A DNA stretch of 26,685 nt from assembly GCF_006345805.1 (NCBI RefSeq), contig NW_021832373.1, positions 1 through 26,685 of the forward strand, given 5' to 3'. This stretch comes from Octopus sinensis. Taxonomy: Eukaryota. Below, one piece after another: positions 1-11,350 of this stretch (position 1 is the stretch's first letter; each line of letters opens with the position of its first letter). A program made the position numbers and the translations under genes. The notes under the pieces are model-generated. The model ran no database searches, was not told where the DNA came from, and worked only from the letters and a program-made list of their open reading frames with translations.

Positions 1-21
1 CTTATTCTTCATGGTGTGGTA

Positions 22-138
22 CTCTTCTACTCTTTTACTTGTTTCAATCATTTGATTGCGGCCATGGTGGAGCACCGCCTTTAGTCGAGCAAATATACCC
101 CCAGGACTTATTCTTTGTAAGCCTAGTACTTATTCTAT
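22..138 (-). mobile_element. SINE family A 3' tail only (tandem duplicate of the adjacent copy's tail)
   Basis: Near copy of 151-267 (cttgtttcaatcatttgattgcggccatg...cctagtacttattctat). Confidence 0.85.
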
Positions 139-150
139 CATGTGTGTGTA

Positions 151-563
151 CTCTTCTACTCTTCTACTTGTTTCAGTCATTTGGCTGCGGCCATGCTAGA
201 GCACCGCCTTTAGTCGAGCAAATCGACCCCCAGACTTATTCTTTGTAGGCCTAGTACTTATTCTATCGGTCTCTTTTTAGCCGAACCGCTAAGTTACGGG
301 GACGTAAACACACAAGCATCGGTTGTCAAGTGATGTTGGTGGGGACAAACACAGACACACAAACATATACACACACATACATATATATATACACATATAT
401 ACGACAGGCTTCTTTCAGTTTTCTCTACCAAATCCACTCACAAGGCTTTGGTCGGCCCGAGGCTATAGTAGAAGAAACTTGCCCAAGGTTTCACGCAATG
501 GGACTGAACCCAGAGCCATGTGGTTCGTAATCAAGCTATTTACTACACAGCTACTCCTACGCC
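151..563 (-). mobile_element. Full-length tRNA-derived SINE family A (head - microsatellite - tail)
   Basis: Reverse complement shows a tRNA-like head (A-box-like tagctgtgtag, B-box-like gggttcagtccc), internal (CA/TA)n, and tail ending gactgaaacaagtagaagag; many matching copies in the window. Confidence 0.9.
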
Positions 564-739
564 TATCTTCATGTTATATCGTTAATTTGATAACATTTGT
601 TGTCAAATCGTAGCTTAATTGTTAATTTTTTATCTTCATATATAACGTATAAACTTTAGTTATTCTTTATTTTACAGCTTTAATAACGTGTGGGGAAAAT
701 ATTGCATTTAGAGCCATTTCATTCTACTTGAGGGTATCA

Positions 740-1155
740 GAACTGAGAGTAAGGGCGGCAGCGAATTAAATTAATGATGTGGTCAGCCCAGGATCTATCG
801 ACGAACGTGTGGCACAAAACTGGTTCAGACGTTTCAAGGAAGATGACATCAGCCTCGAACACAAAACTTTGGTCAGAGAGACGTTTAGTTGTGGAAGATG
901 AGGCCTTGCTTCAAATGATTGAACAACAACCAAACACATGCACTCATACATTGTAGGCAGAACTTATTCCTTTACAAAGTACCATCAGTTGACACTTTCA
1001 TAAGCTCAGCCTTGTGAACGATTTATTCACTCAAACAAGGGCGGTTTAAACAGAAGGTTGTCTTGTATATTCGCTGGAATTTCGAGAGGATGTTGCACTT
1101 TGAGCTTGTCTCAGATGTTCATACTGTGAATGCTAAACTTTATACTCAACAAATG
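740..1155 (+). pseudogene. Degraded mariner transposase fragment
   Basis: Frameshifted pieces INDVVSPGSIDERVAQNWFRRFKEDDISLE / VVEDEALLQMIEQQPNTCTHTL*AEL (HTH region) and, after an internal deletion, KVVLYIRWNFERMLHFELVSDVHTVNAKLYTQQ, resembling the mariner catalytic-domain start. Confidence 0.8.
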
Positions 1156-1233
1156 GTATATGTGTGTGTTTGTGTGTGAGTCTATGTGTGTATGTATGTA
1201 TCTATGATTCTATGCATATAGGTATTTATATAT

Positions 1234-1533
1234 GCCCACATGTGGCCTAGTGGTTAGAGCAGCGGACTCGCGGTCAGAGGATCGCGGTTTCGATTCCTAG
1301 ACCTAGCGTTGTGCATGTTTATTGAGCAAAAACACCTAAAAGCTCCACGAGGCTCCGGCAGGGGATGGTGGCGACCCCTGTTGTACTCTTTCGCCACAAC
1401 TTTCTTTCACTCTCTCTTCCTGTTTCTTGAGTAACGCTGCGACGGACAGGCGTCCCGTCCAGCTGGGTGGAACACATACGCCACAGAAACCGAGAAACCG
1501 GGCCCATAAGCCTGGCTAGGCTTGAAAAGGGCG
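1234..1533 (+). mobile_element. tRNA-derived SINE family B (full length)
   Basis: A box tggcctagtgg (1243-1253), B box ggtttcgattcc (1286-1297), central module shared with 19004-19100, 3' tail shared with 7661-7745 (reverse). Confidence 0.85.
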
Positions 1534-1760
1534 AGGTTTACGTCTTTTTTTATATGCACACATGTACTGGGTGGGTCTTTCTGCCAATAAAAACGCACGG
1601 ACTTGTTGTAGTTCGCTACTTTATTAATTGATCTGCCAGTCTTAAGTTATATGTTATATCTATGTAATTTCAAATACATAATCACACATACAAAAATATA
1701 TGCAAGTGTGCGTGTGTGTGTTGTGTGTGTGTGTGTGTGTGCCTATGTATATATATTTTA

Positions 1761-1960
1761 TCTTTTACTTGTTTCAGTCACTGGACTGCGGTCATGCTGG
1801 AGTACCGCCTTGAAGGGGTTTTACTCGAATGAATTCACCCCAATATGGGGTTTTTTTTTAAATTCTGGCACGCATTCAATCGGACTCTTATGCCGAACCG
1901 CTAAGTTAAGGAGATGTAAACAAACTAGTACCGGTAGTCAATCGGTGGTGGGAACAAACA
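1761..1960 (-). mobile_element. SINE family A 3' half, diverged
   Basis: cttttacttgtttcagtca...catgctggagtaccgcc...gccgaaccgctaagtt. Confidence 0.8.
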
Positions 1961-2066
1961 TGAATAAAAGAGCACACACACGCACGCACCGCCACACATG
2001 CACAACACACATATATAAAATATCAATATATATATATATATATTATATATATATATATATATATAG

Positions 2067-2466
2067 ACTCTTTACTCTTTTTTACTCTTTTACTTGTTTC
2101 AGTCATTTGACTGCCCATGCTGGAGCACCGCCTTTAGTCAGCAATCGACCCCGGGACTTCTTTGTGAGCGTAGTACTTACTATCGGTCTCTTGCCCAACC
2201 GCTAAGTTACGTGGACTTAGACACACCCAGCATCGGTTGTCAAACAATGCTAGGGGAACAAGCACAGACCACACACACACACACACATACGCATATATAT
2301 ATACATATATACGACAGCTTCTTTCAGTTTCCGTCTACCAAATCCACTCACATGCATTGGTTGGCCCGAGTATAGCAGAAGACACTTGCCCAAGATCCAC
2401 GCAGTGGGACTGAACCGGAACCATGCGGTTGGTTACAAGCACTTACCACACAGCCACTCCTGCGCC
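2067..2466 (-). mobile_element. Full-length SINE family A
   Basis: Tail, internal (CA)/(TA) tract and head ending cacacagccactcctgcgcc. Confidence 0.9.
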
Positions 2467-2467
2467 T

Positions 2468-2791
2468 ATATATATATAAAACTTCTTGGAACGGATGCGT
2501 GGCGTTCGATCATATATATAAATAATATATAAATATATGCATATATACATACATATATGTCCATACCTACATATACATGTATTATACATGCATATATGGG
2601 TACAACGACATTAAAAAAATGTTGAACACATGAGAAACGAATCCATAAAACAAAAACATAGAACGAACTTTTTTTCAACAACGAAAAAACAGAGAAACAA
2701 GACATACAACACAAGGAATATACATACATATACATATATATATATATATACATACATATTAATATATATATATATATATATATAATATATA

Positions 2792-2831
<40 letters not shown>

Positions 2832-2850
2832 GTGTGTGTTGTTGTGTGTG

Positions 2851-2889
<39 letters not shown>

Positions 2890-3703
2890 TGTGTTGTGTG
2901 TGGTGTATGAGAAGAAGAAAAAGAGACATCTTTATGTTGTTTTACAAGAGAGAAGAGAAGGAGATTAAGAAATGATGTATATATACACATTGTGCTACCT
3001 GTAAACTGACAAGTTGTTTGTATAAATATGATACAAACAGAATGTGCAAAGAGCAAACACAGAAGAAAACAGCCACAGAATTTTGAAGCATGTGTGTATG
3101 CGCATGCGTTGTAGTGTGTGCATGTGAGAGAAAGAGACAGACAGACAGACAGACAGAGAGGCAGACGGACAGACAGACAGACAGGGTGAGTGTGTGTGAG
3201 AGAGAAGAACGTGAATGGTCTGGTTTTGTAATCAACAGTTCAGCTGATCTGATCTATTCGCTGGAATAGTAAACGGTAAATTATTCCCACAATGAAGGAG
3301 CCAGCAAAATCTCACAGCCTTATGCATACATACATACATGCATACATACATATACATACATACATACATACATACATGCATGCATACATACATACATACA
3401 TACACACACACACTCTTATGCAGACAACCACTCCACACACCCACACATACACACACATGCACACACATACATAAACACACATATGTTTATGAGTTACATA
3501 CAGAAGTATTTTAGATTGGTATACATACAATCTTCTGTGTGTGTATATACACACACACACACATAGATACATGAAAAAGTACATACATATACACACACCT
3601 ACGCACGTATGTACGCACATAGCGCGTATGTACGCACATACATACATGCGTAACAGAAATACATACATACATACATACATACATACATACATACATACAT
3701 ACA

Positions 3704-3735
<32 letters not shown>

Positions 3736-4080
3736 CGTACATACATACATGCATACACGCGTACACACACACACACACACACACATGCCTACATACTCAG
3801 TCAAAAACAAACATTCACACCAGAAAAAGCAATACTTGGAGTACCATATCCCAATCATCCTATTTGTCTACATTATCATTCCTTTTCTTTTCACATTTCG
3901 TGTTACGCTGGATTACTTATTGCTAACACATATCCAGATCCCGGAAATCTGTATGTATGTATGTGTGTATGTATGTATGTATGTATGTATGTATGTATGT
4001 ATGTATGTATGTATGTATGTATGTATGTGTATATGTGTGTGTATGTATGTATGATGTATGTATGTATGTATGTATATACC
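2468..4080. repeat. Microsatellite-rich block: (TA)n, (TG)n, (AGAC)n, (TACA)n, (TATG)n
   Basis: Directly visible; source of the YI/HT/MYVC artefact ORFs. Confidence 0.95.
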
Positions 4081-4171
4081 AACCAACCAAACACCCGACC
4101 TATTTGTCCATCCGCTTTTTGGTATATTTCCCGTCCCTATTGTTAATAGTCATTATCAGTGATGATATATC

Positions 4172-4215
4172 CAGTGGTTCTCAGCCTGAGTCCATGTGAC
4201 CCCTAGGGGTTCACA
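4172..4215 (+). mobile_element. Possible hAT-like non-autonomous element end
   Basis: CAGTGGTTCTCAGCC resembles hAT/Charlie terminal repeats; no partner end found. Confidence 0.3.
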
Positions 4216-4385
4216 TAGGATGTTTTGTGGGGGAAAGTCCACCAAGCGGAATAGTATATTCGGTATCTACAGTAGTATATTAAGTGTCCATGAAAAATAT
4301 GTTACCTTGGTGGTATTTATTGCAAGAAATAGCTAGATTTCTTTCTCTGATATTTTACGTAGTTCAGCTTGCACAAATTAATGCG

Positions 4386-4848
4386 CGAGGTGTGATCAAT
4401 AAGTATCCAGACTGTTGCCATAGTAATTAATCTAAAGCACGCAGAGTAAAGCCGCTTGGCACAGATTGACCTTGGACTCTGCTGTGCAGGTGTACTAAGT
4501 TTTAACGTTCTATCTCACTTCTGCTTTTTACAGCTATGCTTGGAAGGAACGTGTGTAGTGTATGATTGTCACATTGGCCATAACACAGAAAGTTGTCATG
4601 GTAACACCTGCTCAGAGGCCTAAGCAAAGTTGCAGGAAGTGTATGGAGAAGAGTGTATGAGCTGCACACAAGTGTACGAATGGTTCAGACGTTTCCAAAA
4701 TGGCCGAAAAATGTCGATATTGAGGAACGTTCTTGGAGACCTGCAACCAGACGAACTGGGAAAAATATCGCAAATTTGCGTGCAGCTGTGGCGGAAAATC
4801 GTCGAATCGCCATCCATGAGTTATCAGAGGATGTTCAACGAAATCGAC
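4386..4848 (+). pseudogene. Mariner element 5' end with transposase N-terminal remnant
   Basis: TIR-like cgaggtgtgatcaataagtatccag. Peptide KLQEVYGEECMSCTQVYEWFRRFQNGR / NVDIEERSWRPAT...NIANLRAAVAENRRIAIHELSEDV (mariner HTH). Truncated by a SINE tail. Confidence 0.85.
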
Positions 4849-4849
4849 C

Positions 4850-4980
4850 CCAGGGCTTATTCTTTGTAAGCCTTGTACTTATTCTATCGGCTTTATGCCA
4901 AATGGCTAGTTTACAGGGGCGTAAACACACCAACATCTGTTGTCAAGATGCTGGGGGGACAAACATAGACACAAAGACAC
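4850..4980 (-). mobile_element. SINE family A tail fragment
   Basis: aaatcgaccccagggcttattctttgtaagccttgtacttattctatcgg. Confidence 0.8.
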
Positions 4981-5048
4981 ACATACATACATACTACATA
5001 CATACATACATACATACATACATACATACATACATACATACATACATC

Positions 5049-5400
5049 ATGGTGGTTGTATACTCCTTAAGCTTAGTTTGGTCACCTCCTGTACCTACAT
5101 CTTAGAACCATCATGGCATCTAATGTGGCTTTTCAAACCAGATAATGTTCTGAAAAGACACCCACATAGATTACATATCCGATTTGGACCACCAAGATCT
5201 GCAGATAAGTTCTGATCATTGTGGATCTTAAAATGTCTTGTGAGGCCTCCGTTAGATTTGCAAACCTTCTGGCATACATTGTACACACATATAGGTAGAA
5301 TAGTTGGTGGAGTTTCGTTTTCCATGGGTTCGCAAATGAAATTTGAGCCCAGCAAAAGAAAGGCATGGTCTGTCACAAACTGTGCACACACACAATATAT
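5049..5400 (-). mobile_element. Probable RTE-type LINE 3' end encoding two C2H2-like fingers
   Basis: CVYNVCQKVCKSNGGLTRHFKIH and CNLCGCLFRTLSGLKSHIRCH just before the stop, then a short 3' region running into (TATG)n; paralogous to 23916-24148. Confidence 0.6.
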
Positions 5401-5421
5401 ATATATATTATATATAATATA

Positions 5422-5463
<42 letters not shown>

Positions 5464-5614
5464 TATATATGCTGAGAAAATTCTGTGAGCTTGCTTTCCT
5501 CGATTTCAGCACAACGTGTTATCATAGTGATGTATATTGTATGTGGTGAATGACGATTTCTAAAGTCTGTTTCTCATCATATTGGCATAGCATTTTTTTC
5601 TTTTGCCCTTCTCC

Positions 5615-6260
5615 CCCGAACCCACCCTGCAGTATCCCGCCTCCCTTTTCCCCTCACCTACCACCTCACCACCCTACCTCTCCAACGCAGCACTCTCCGA
5701 GCTTTCTAGCGTCTCCAGTCTGACCCGTACACTTCACACATCTTCCCTAACCGACTCCTCCCCTCCTTCAAACGAGCTCACAACCTACGAGACCTCTTAG
5801 TCCACAGCTTCTTCCCAAACCCTACCTCCCAACCTGGCTCGTTCCCCTGCTCCGCCCACCCTACCGCACTTGCCTTTACCTCTCCAACACCACCCTCCTC
5901 ACCGGCACCCATCATAGACCCTATGGCATCACCGACTCCTTCTCCTGCACCTCTACCAATATCATCTATTGTATCTTCTGCTCTCTCTGCCATTCTCTGT
6001 ACATCGGACAAACGGAACGCCGCTTGGCTGACCGGTTCGCGGAACACCTCCGAGACATCCGAGACATCCGCCTCGGCAATGACACCCCGGTCTCACGCCA
6101 TTTCCTCTCTACCGCTCACTCTTTGCAACACCTGTCCGTGTTCGGACTGTCCTTGCACAGAGGCCATCCTGACTTCCGTTTGCGCTATGAACAGGGATTA
6201 ATCTTCTCTCTTCGCTCCTTTACGCCATTTGGGCTCAACTCTCCTCCCCTCTTCATCTAA
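5615..6260 (+). mobile_element. Penelope-like retroelement, 5'-truncated ORF remnant with GIY-YIG endonuclease
   Basis: RLPFPLTYH...LQSDPYTSHIFP...KRAHNLRDLLVHS...GSFPC, frameshift near 5850, then ITDSFSCTSTNIIYCIFCSLCHSLYIGQTERRLADRFAEH...VSRHF...EQGLIFSLRSFTPFGLN; one in-frame stop upstream. Confidence 0.9.
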
Positions 6261-6800
6261 CCTCCTCCCCTTGCCTCTCTCCCCCTCTCTCCTACTTTCT
6301 CCCACCCATTTCTCCTCTCTTGCCCCGACTCATACTTCTCTTCACTCCTACTTCTCTTCATCCCTACTCTCTTTCTCTCTTCTTTCTTCTCTCTTACTCT
6401 CTTTCTCTCTTCCCTCTTTCTCTCTTCTCTCTTACTCTCTTTCTCTCTTTTCTCTTACTCTTCCATCTTCTCTCTTACTCTTTCACTCTCTCTTTTCTCT
6501 TACTCTCTTACTCTCTTTCTCTCTTCTCTCTTCTCTCTAACTCTCTCTCCTCACATACCCGCCTTCCCCTTCCCCTTCATCGTCAACCCTCCCCCATAAG
6601 CCGACCCCACCCCTACACATTCCTAATCCACCTTCCCTATCCTTCCTATCTCCCCCATCCCATCCCCTACCTTCCTTATCCTTCCCATCCCCCCATCCTA
6701 TCCCCTACACCCTCTCCCGCATACCCCACCTCTACCCCACCCTCTGTCTACCCACAAGCCCCAACTCTATCCCAACCCTCAGCCGAACCCACACCCTACC
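6260..6800 (+). repeat. Pyrimidine-rich low-complexity tract (CTCTT/CCCAT-like)
   Basis: Directly visible, follows the Penelope stop codon. Confidence 0.9.
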
Positions 6801-7039
6801 CGTGATTTCCCCACTCTCGCCTCACCCACCTCCCAACAACATCACACCACACCACACTACACCATACAACATTACACAGTGCATCACAACACACCACCCA
6901 CACACCAGCACTGACCAATTCCCATCCCCACATTTTCACACCTACACATACATACACGCACACGTCAAGACCACCAGCCCTCTTTCACACGCACATACGT
7001 ACTCTCTTATACACACAGGCACCTTCGTGTTGGAGGTCA

Positions 7040-7297
7040 TCTTTACTTTGTTATCTCCCCAACTTCAGTCTCCTGTGTGACCCTTCTGTCCGGCAGTCGC
7101 CATGATAGATCGGTAGCCACTACACATTATTTTTTCTCTCCTTGTTTCTCTCCTCGTTTTTTTCTGTGTCCCTTTCTGTAGAAGAGCATAGACTCGAAAT
7201 GTAAAAGACTTTTTCAATTCCTGAGCGTTATACTAATACATCTGTTTGTTTTCTACACCACCTGTCTTCGTCTTTTGTTTTTTTCGTGAACTCTCCC
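7040..7297 (+). mobile_element. Penelope-like 3' tail
   Basis: Same strand as, and downstream of, the GIY-YIG ORF. Contains gaagag...ctcgaaa...ttcctgagcgt shared with 13295-13500 (reverse). Confidence 0.65.
7172..7207 (+). ncRNA. Degenerate minimal type-I hammerhead-like motif
   Basis: CUUU-CUGUAGAA-GAGC(AUAG)ACUC-GAAAU-GUA-AAAG. Helix I CUUU/AAAG pairs; core A6 is U and helix II has a mismatch. Confidence 0.4.
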
Positions 7298-7311
7298 TAT
7301 ATATATATAAT

Positions 7312-7468
7312 GACGGGCTTCTTTCAGTTTCCGTCGACCAAATCCACTCACAAGATTTTGGTCGGCCCAAGGCTATAATAGAAGACAGTTGCCTAAGGTG
7401 CCACGCAGTGGGACTGAACTCGGAACCATGTGGTTGGGAAGCATGCTTCTTTCCACACGGCCACACCT
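7312..7468 (-). mobile_element. SINE family A 5' head only
   Basis: gacgggcttctttcagtttccgtcgaccaaatccactcacaag...cgcagtgggactgaac. Confidence 0.85.
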
Positions 7469-7660
7469 CAAAAAATTAACAGACTTTATGTCCCTGTTGA
7501 AATTAGTAAACGTCCCACGTTTCCGAATGGAAAAATTATTCAAAAAGAAATTATTATATAAGGTTAAGGTCAAATACTAAGAAAAACCTGATAACCAAAT
7601 GATAATTAGCAACACAACCAACACCAGCAATAGTAACAGTAATAATAAAAATAAATAAAT

Positions 7661-7910
7661 GCGCCCTTTTAAAGCCTGGCCAGGCTCATGGGCCCGGGTT
7701 CCCGGTTTCAATGGCGTATGTGTTCCCCAGATGGACTGGACGCCAGTTACTCATTTTTGCGCAGCGTTACTCATTTTTGCCAGATGAGTGGACTGGAGCA
7801 ACGTGAAATGAAGTGTTTTGCTCAAGAACACAGCGCGTCGCCCGGTCCAGGAATCGAAACAACAATCTTACGATCATGGTGCTGACACCCTAACCACTAA
7901 GCCACGCACC
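7661..7910 (-). mobile_element. tRNA-derived SINE with CORE-like centre and family B tail
   Basis: Reverse complement: tggcttagtgg A box, gtttcgattcc B box, ttgagcaaaacacttcatttcacgttgctccagtccactca (CORE-like), 15-nt internal duplication gttactcatttttgc, tail ...gggcccatgagcctggccaggctttaaaagggcgc. Confidence 0.8.
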
Positions 7911-8176
7911 CCCGCACTAACAGTAACAGTGACAAATTATGCGTGTGCATACAAAGCAAAGGCGATATAAACACAATTACATTCATACAGGTGCAGACGC
8001 ACGCTCATAGACGCTCCTATAAACATACAGCACCTTCCCTCATAACCCTGACAAACCACTTCCATCACCGTAAGACAAAGATGATGTTTTATAAGGTTAA
8101 GGTCGACTATACAAAGTAAACAATGTAGTGTGTCTTACTACTCAGCCATGATAAATATCACCAGCATCACCACCAA

Positions 8177-8186
8177 CAACAACAAA

Positions 8187-8272
<86 letters not shown>

Positions 8273-8290
8273 TGATAGATAGATAGATAG
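8177..8290 (+). repeat. (AGAT)n microsatellite
   Basis: Directly visible. Confidence 0.95.
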
Positions 8291-8584
8291 AAAAGCCAGA
8301 TGTTTTGGTGACAAACGAGTATGAAGTACTGATTATGAAATAGATAAAATAGATTGCCATGCGAGACTTCTTATACAAATGGTGTATATGTGTGTGTGTG
8401 TGTGTGTGGGTGGGTGCGTGTATGTGTGTGTGTGTGTGTTTGTGTGTGTGTCTGTATGTGGATATGTGTATGTAGGAAATGCTTTGTGTGAGGAGCAACA
8501 GAGCTGAGAGAATAAAATTGAAAAAGAATAAAGGAAAAGTAGTGAAAAGGATGGGATCGAGCGGAGTAATGTGAAAATAAAGAT

Positions 8585-9165
8585 ATAGGGGGATCTCTAT
8601 ATACGAACATAATCCGTTCCAGAGCCCTGTTCGTATATCAAATTGTTCGTTATATGAGTAACTATAATACATACATACATACATACATACATACATACAT
8701 ACACATACATACATACATACATACATACATACATGCATGCATACATACACACATGCACACACAACCGTTGTTGGTTCGTTTTATGTCCCCGTGAGCTGTC
8801 GGTTCAGCAAAAGAGACTGATTGAATAAATAAAATATAAGTACTGGAGTCGATTTGCAGGACGAAACCCTTCAAGGCGCAGTCCAGTCACCAAGACAAGT
8901 AAAAGATACAAAATTGATGCAATATGTCCATTTAGTGTATGGTTTGTATATGTTCTTCCACCAATTATAATATCTGGGCATCGTCTACTCGTAGTTTGTT
9001 GTTCAAATTTCAGTTCGCTAAGCGAATGGAGTCACAGTCACTTTATATCCGCACGGAGCCTGCTCGTTGTTCGTCGATCAATTTTCAGCTCTTTGTATGA
9101 GTTTAATTTTCTTCAGAAAAACTGTTCGTTATTCAATTTGTTCGTATAGAGAACCGTTCGTCTAT
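8585..9165. mobile_element. Possible pogo/Tigger-like non-autonomous element interrupted by (TACA)n and a SINE tail
   Basis: ctctatatacgaac near 8595 and ttgttcgtatagag near 9140 in inverted orientation, with repeated tgttcgt motifs; ends imperfect. Confidence 0.3.
8762..8897 (+). mobile_element. SINE family A tail, diverged
   Basis: acaaccg...tgtccccgtg...ggttcagcaaaagagactga...taagtactggagtcgattt...acaagtaaaaga. Confidence 0.7.
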
Positions 9166-9385
9166 GGGAACTGTTCTGAGTACAGAAAAGGTGTTGCTTT
9201 TGTTGCTGCTATGGTATAACCTCAGGTCAGCTCTGACTCAACAAACCTATGATCAAAGCCGTTCCAAACGAATTAGAGCAATTGGCGTAGAAGCTTCGTC
9301 GTTAATCCTTAGTTCGGAAGGGTTTAAGTAATCAGAGTTGGTGGGGAAAAAGGGGATAGAAAGGGATTAAATGAGGAAAATAATT

Positions 9386-9970
9386 GAAGGAAGGAAGGAA
9401 GGGAGGAAGGGAGGAAGGGGGGAGGATGGAAGGAAGGAAGGAAGGAAGGAAGGAAGGAAGGAAGGAAGAAAGGAAGGAAGGAAGGAAGGAAGGAAGGAAG
9501 GAAGGAAGGAAGGAAGGGAGGGAGGGAGGAAGGGGGGAAGGAAGGAAGGAAGGAAGGAAGAATGGGAGGAGGAAAGGAAGAAAGAATGAGAGGAGGGAAG
9601 GAAGAGAGAATGGAAGAAGGGAAAGAAAGAAAAAGAAAGAAAGAAAGGAAGGAAGAAAGAAAGGGAGGGAGGAAGGAAGGAAGGAAAGAAGGAAGGAAGG
9701 AAGGAAGGAAGGGAGGAGGAAAGGAAGAAAGATTGGGAGGAGTGAAGGAAGGAAGAATGGAAGGGAAAGAAAGAAAAAGAAAGGAAGGAAGGAAGGATAG
9801 GAGGAGGGAAAGAAGAAAGAAAGTGAGGAAGGAAGAGAAAAAGAAAAAAAAAGAAGAAAGAAAGAAAGAATGAAAGAGAGGGAGGGAGGAATAGAGAAAG
9901 AAAGAAACAAACAAACAAACAAACATACAAGGAAAGAGAAACAAAAGAAAGTCAGAGAAAAAGAGTGAAA
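9386..9970 (+). repeat. Polypurine (GGAA/GAAA)n tract
   Basis: Directly visible; explains the RKEG/FLPS artefact ORFs. Confidence 0.95.
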
Positions 9971-10574
9971 GAAAGAATGAAAGACAACAAAGTAGTAAAG
10001 AGTCATTGAGAAAGAACGAAAATAGAGAATCAGTCCAGGCAGAAGAAATTTCTATTTATACAGAGAAGGAAATGCTGGTTGCTGCACATCTGCTCATTAG
10101 AAGGGGGGGGAGTTGGATTTGATAATTTCAAATATGTAAATTCATATTTTAATTTAATTGACTTCAAATTCGTATTTAATACTAGTTACATTTGAAGAAA
10201 TGCGTTCGTACGTAATTACTCCCCAGTTCCAAAGTTCCCACTAGAGTTTAAGAGAGGTAAAGAGGAAACGGAGAGAGAGAGAGAGATAACGAGACAGAAA
10301 GAGTAAAGGATTATACGAACGTGTATGTGTATGAGTGGATCTGCAAGCATTTGTGTGTGCATGTGTGTGTGTATGTGTGTGTGTGTGATTTAAATCCCTA
10401 TCAAGGCCGGTATCTCTTTATGTGGAAACTAAAGATAAACTCTGATAAAAAAAATATATATTTGAGATACATACGTATATATGCGTGTATGTGTGTGTGT
10501 GTGTGCGTGTGTGCATGTGAATATGTGTGTATGTATGCGTGCGCATATGTGCGTGTACGTCTGTGTGATGTGTG

Positions 10575-10610
<36 letters not shown>

Positions 10611-10718
10611 GGCGGTGCCCCAGCATGGCCACAGCTCATGAGCTGAAACTAGAATCAATCAATCAATCAATCATATATATAATATATATATATATATATA
10701 TAATATATATATATATAT

Positions 10719-11085
10719 GCGAAGATGTGGCTGTGTGATAAGAAGCTTGCATCCCAACTACATGGTTCCGGGTTCAGTCCCACTGCGTGGCACCTTCGGC
10801 AGGTGTCTTCTACTATAACCTCGGGCCGACCAAAGCCTTGTGAGTGGATTTGGTAGGCGGAAACTGAAAGAATCTCGTCGTGTATATTTCCTTGGGGCCG
10901 GCCAAATTAGAGCAGTCTCGAGAGTAACCGGCGGAAACTGCAGAGACGACCTGCTTCTCGACTGATGATTCAAAGCTCCGAATGACCCGTCCTTGATTTT
11001 CCTTGTCCTTTTTTTTTTGTATCATCTAAATGTTCGAATGTTTTGTTTTTGCCTGTTACGTTCTTGTTCCATTTGTTGTTTTGAT

Positions 11086-11130
<45 letters not shown>

Positions 11131-11350
11131 GTGTGTGTGTGTGTGTGTGTGCGTGTGACTGTTTATCTCCCCCACCGTCGCTTGGCAACCGATGGTGTGT
11201 TTACGTTCCCGTAACTTAGCGGTTCGGCAAAAGAGAGATAGAACAAGTTCTAGGCTTACAAAAAATAAGTCCTGGGGTCGATTTGTTCGACTAAAGGTGG
11301 TGCTCCAGCATAGCCTCAGTCAAATAACTGAAACAAGTAAAAGAATAAAA
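10719..11350 (+). mobile_element. SINE family A split by an inserted ~200-bp repeat and (TG)n
   Basis: Head 10719-10880, foreign segment ~10890-11085 homologous to 12019-12135, tail ~11150-11350. Confidence 0.75.

Noticed and set aside
1243-1300. tRNA gene-like sequence
   Set aside because: A and B boxes are present but continue into a SINE body; no complete cloverleaf. The same holds for the other SINE heads.
2466-4199. Many 60-200 aa ORFs rich in YI, HT, MYVC, CV
   Set aside because: Translations of TA, CA and TATG microsatellites; the same applies to similar ORFs throughout the window
9324-10006. Overlapping RKEG- and FLPS-rich ORFs up to 224 aa
   Set aside because: Product of the stop-free (GGAA)n tract
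10965-11000. CTGATGA...GAA hammerhead-like core (and CTGAAGA at 12052)
   Set aside because: No helix II complementarity, no intact GAAA and no helix I in either copy; at most a decayed relic
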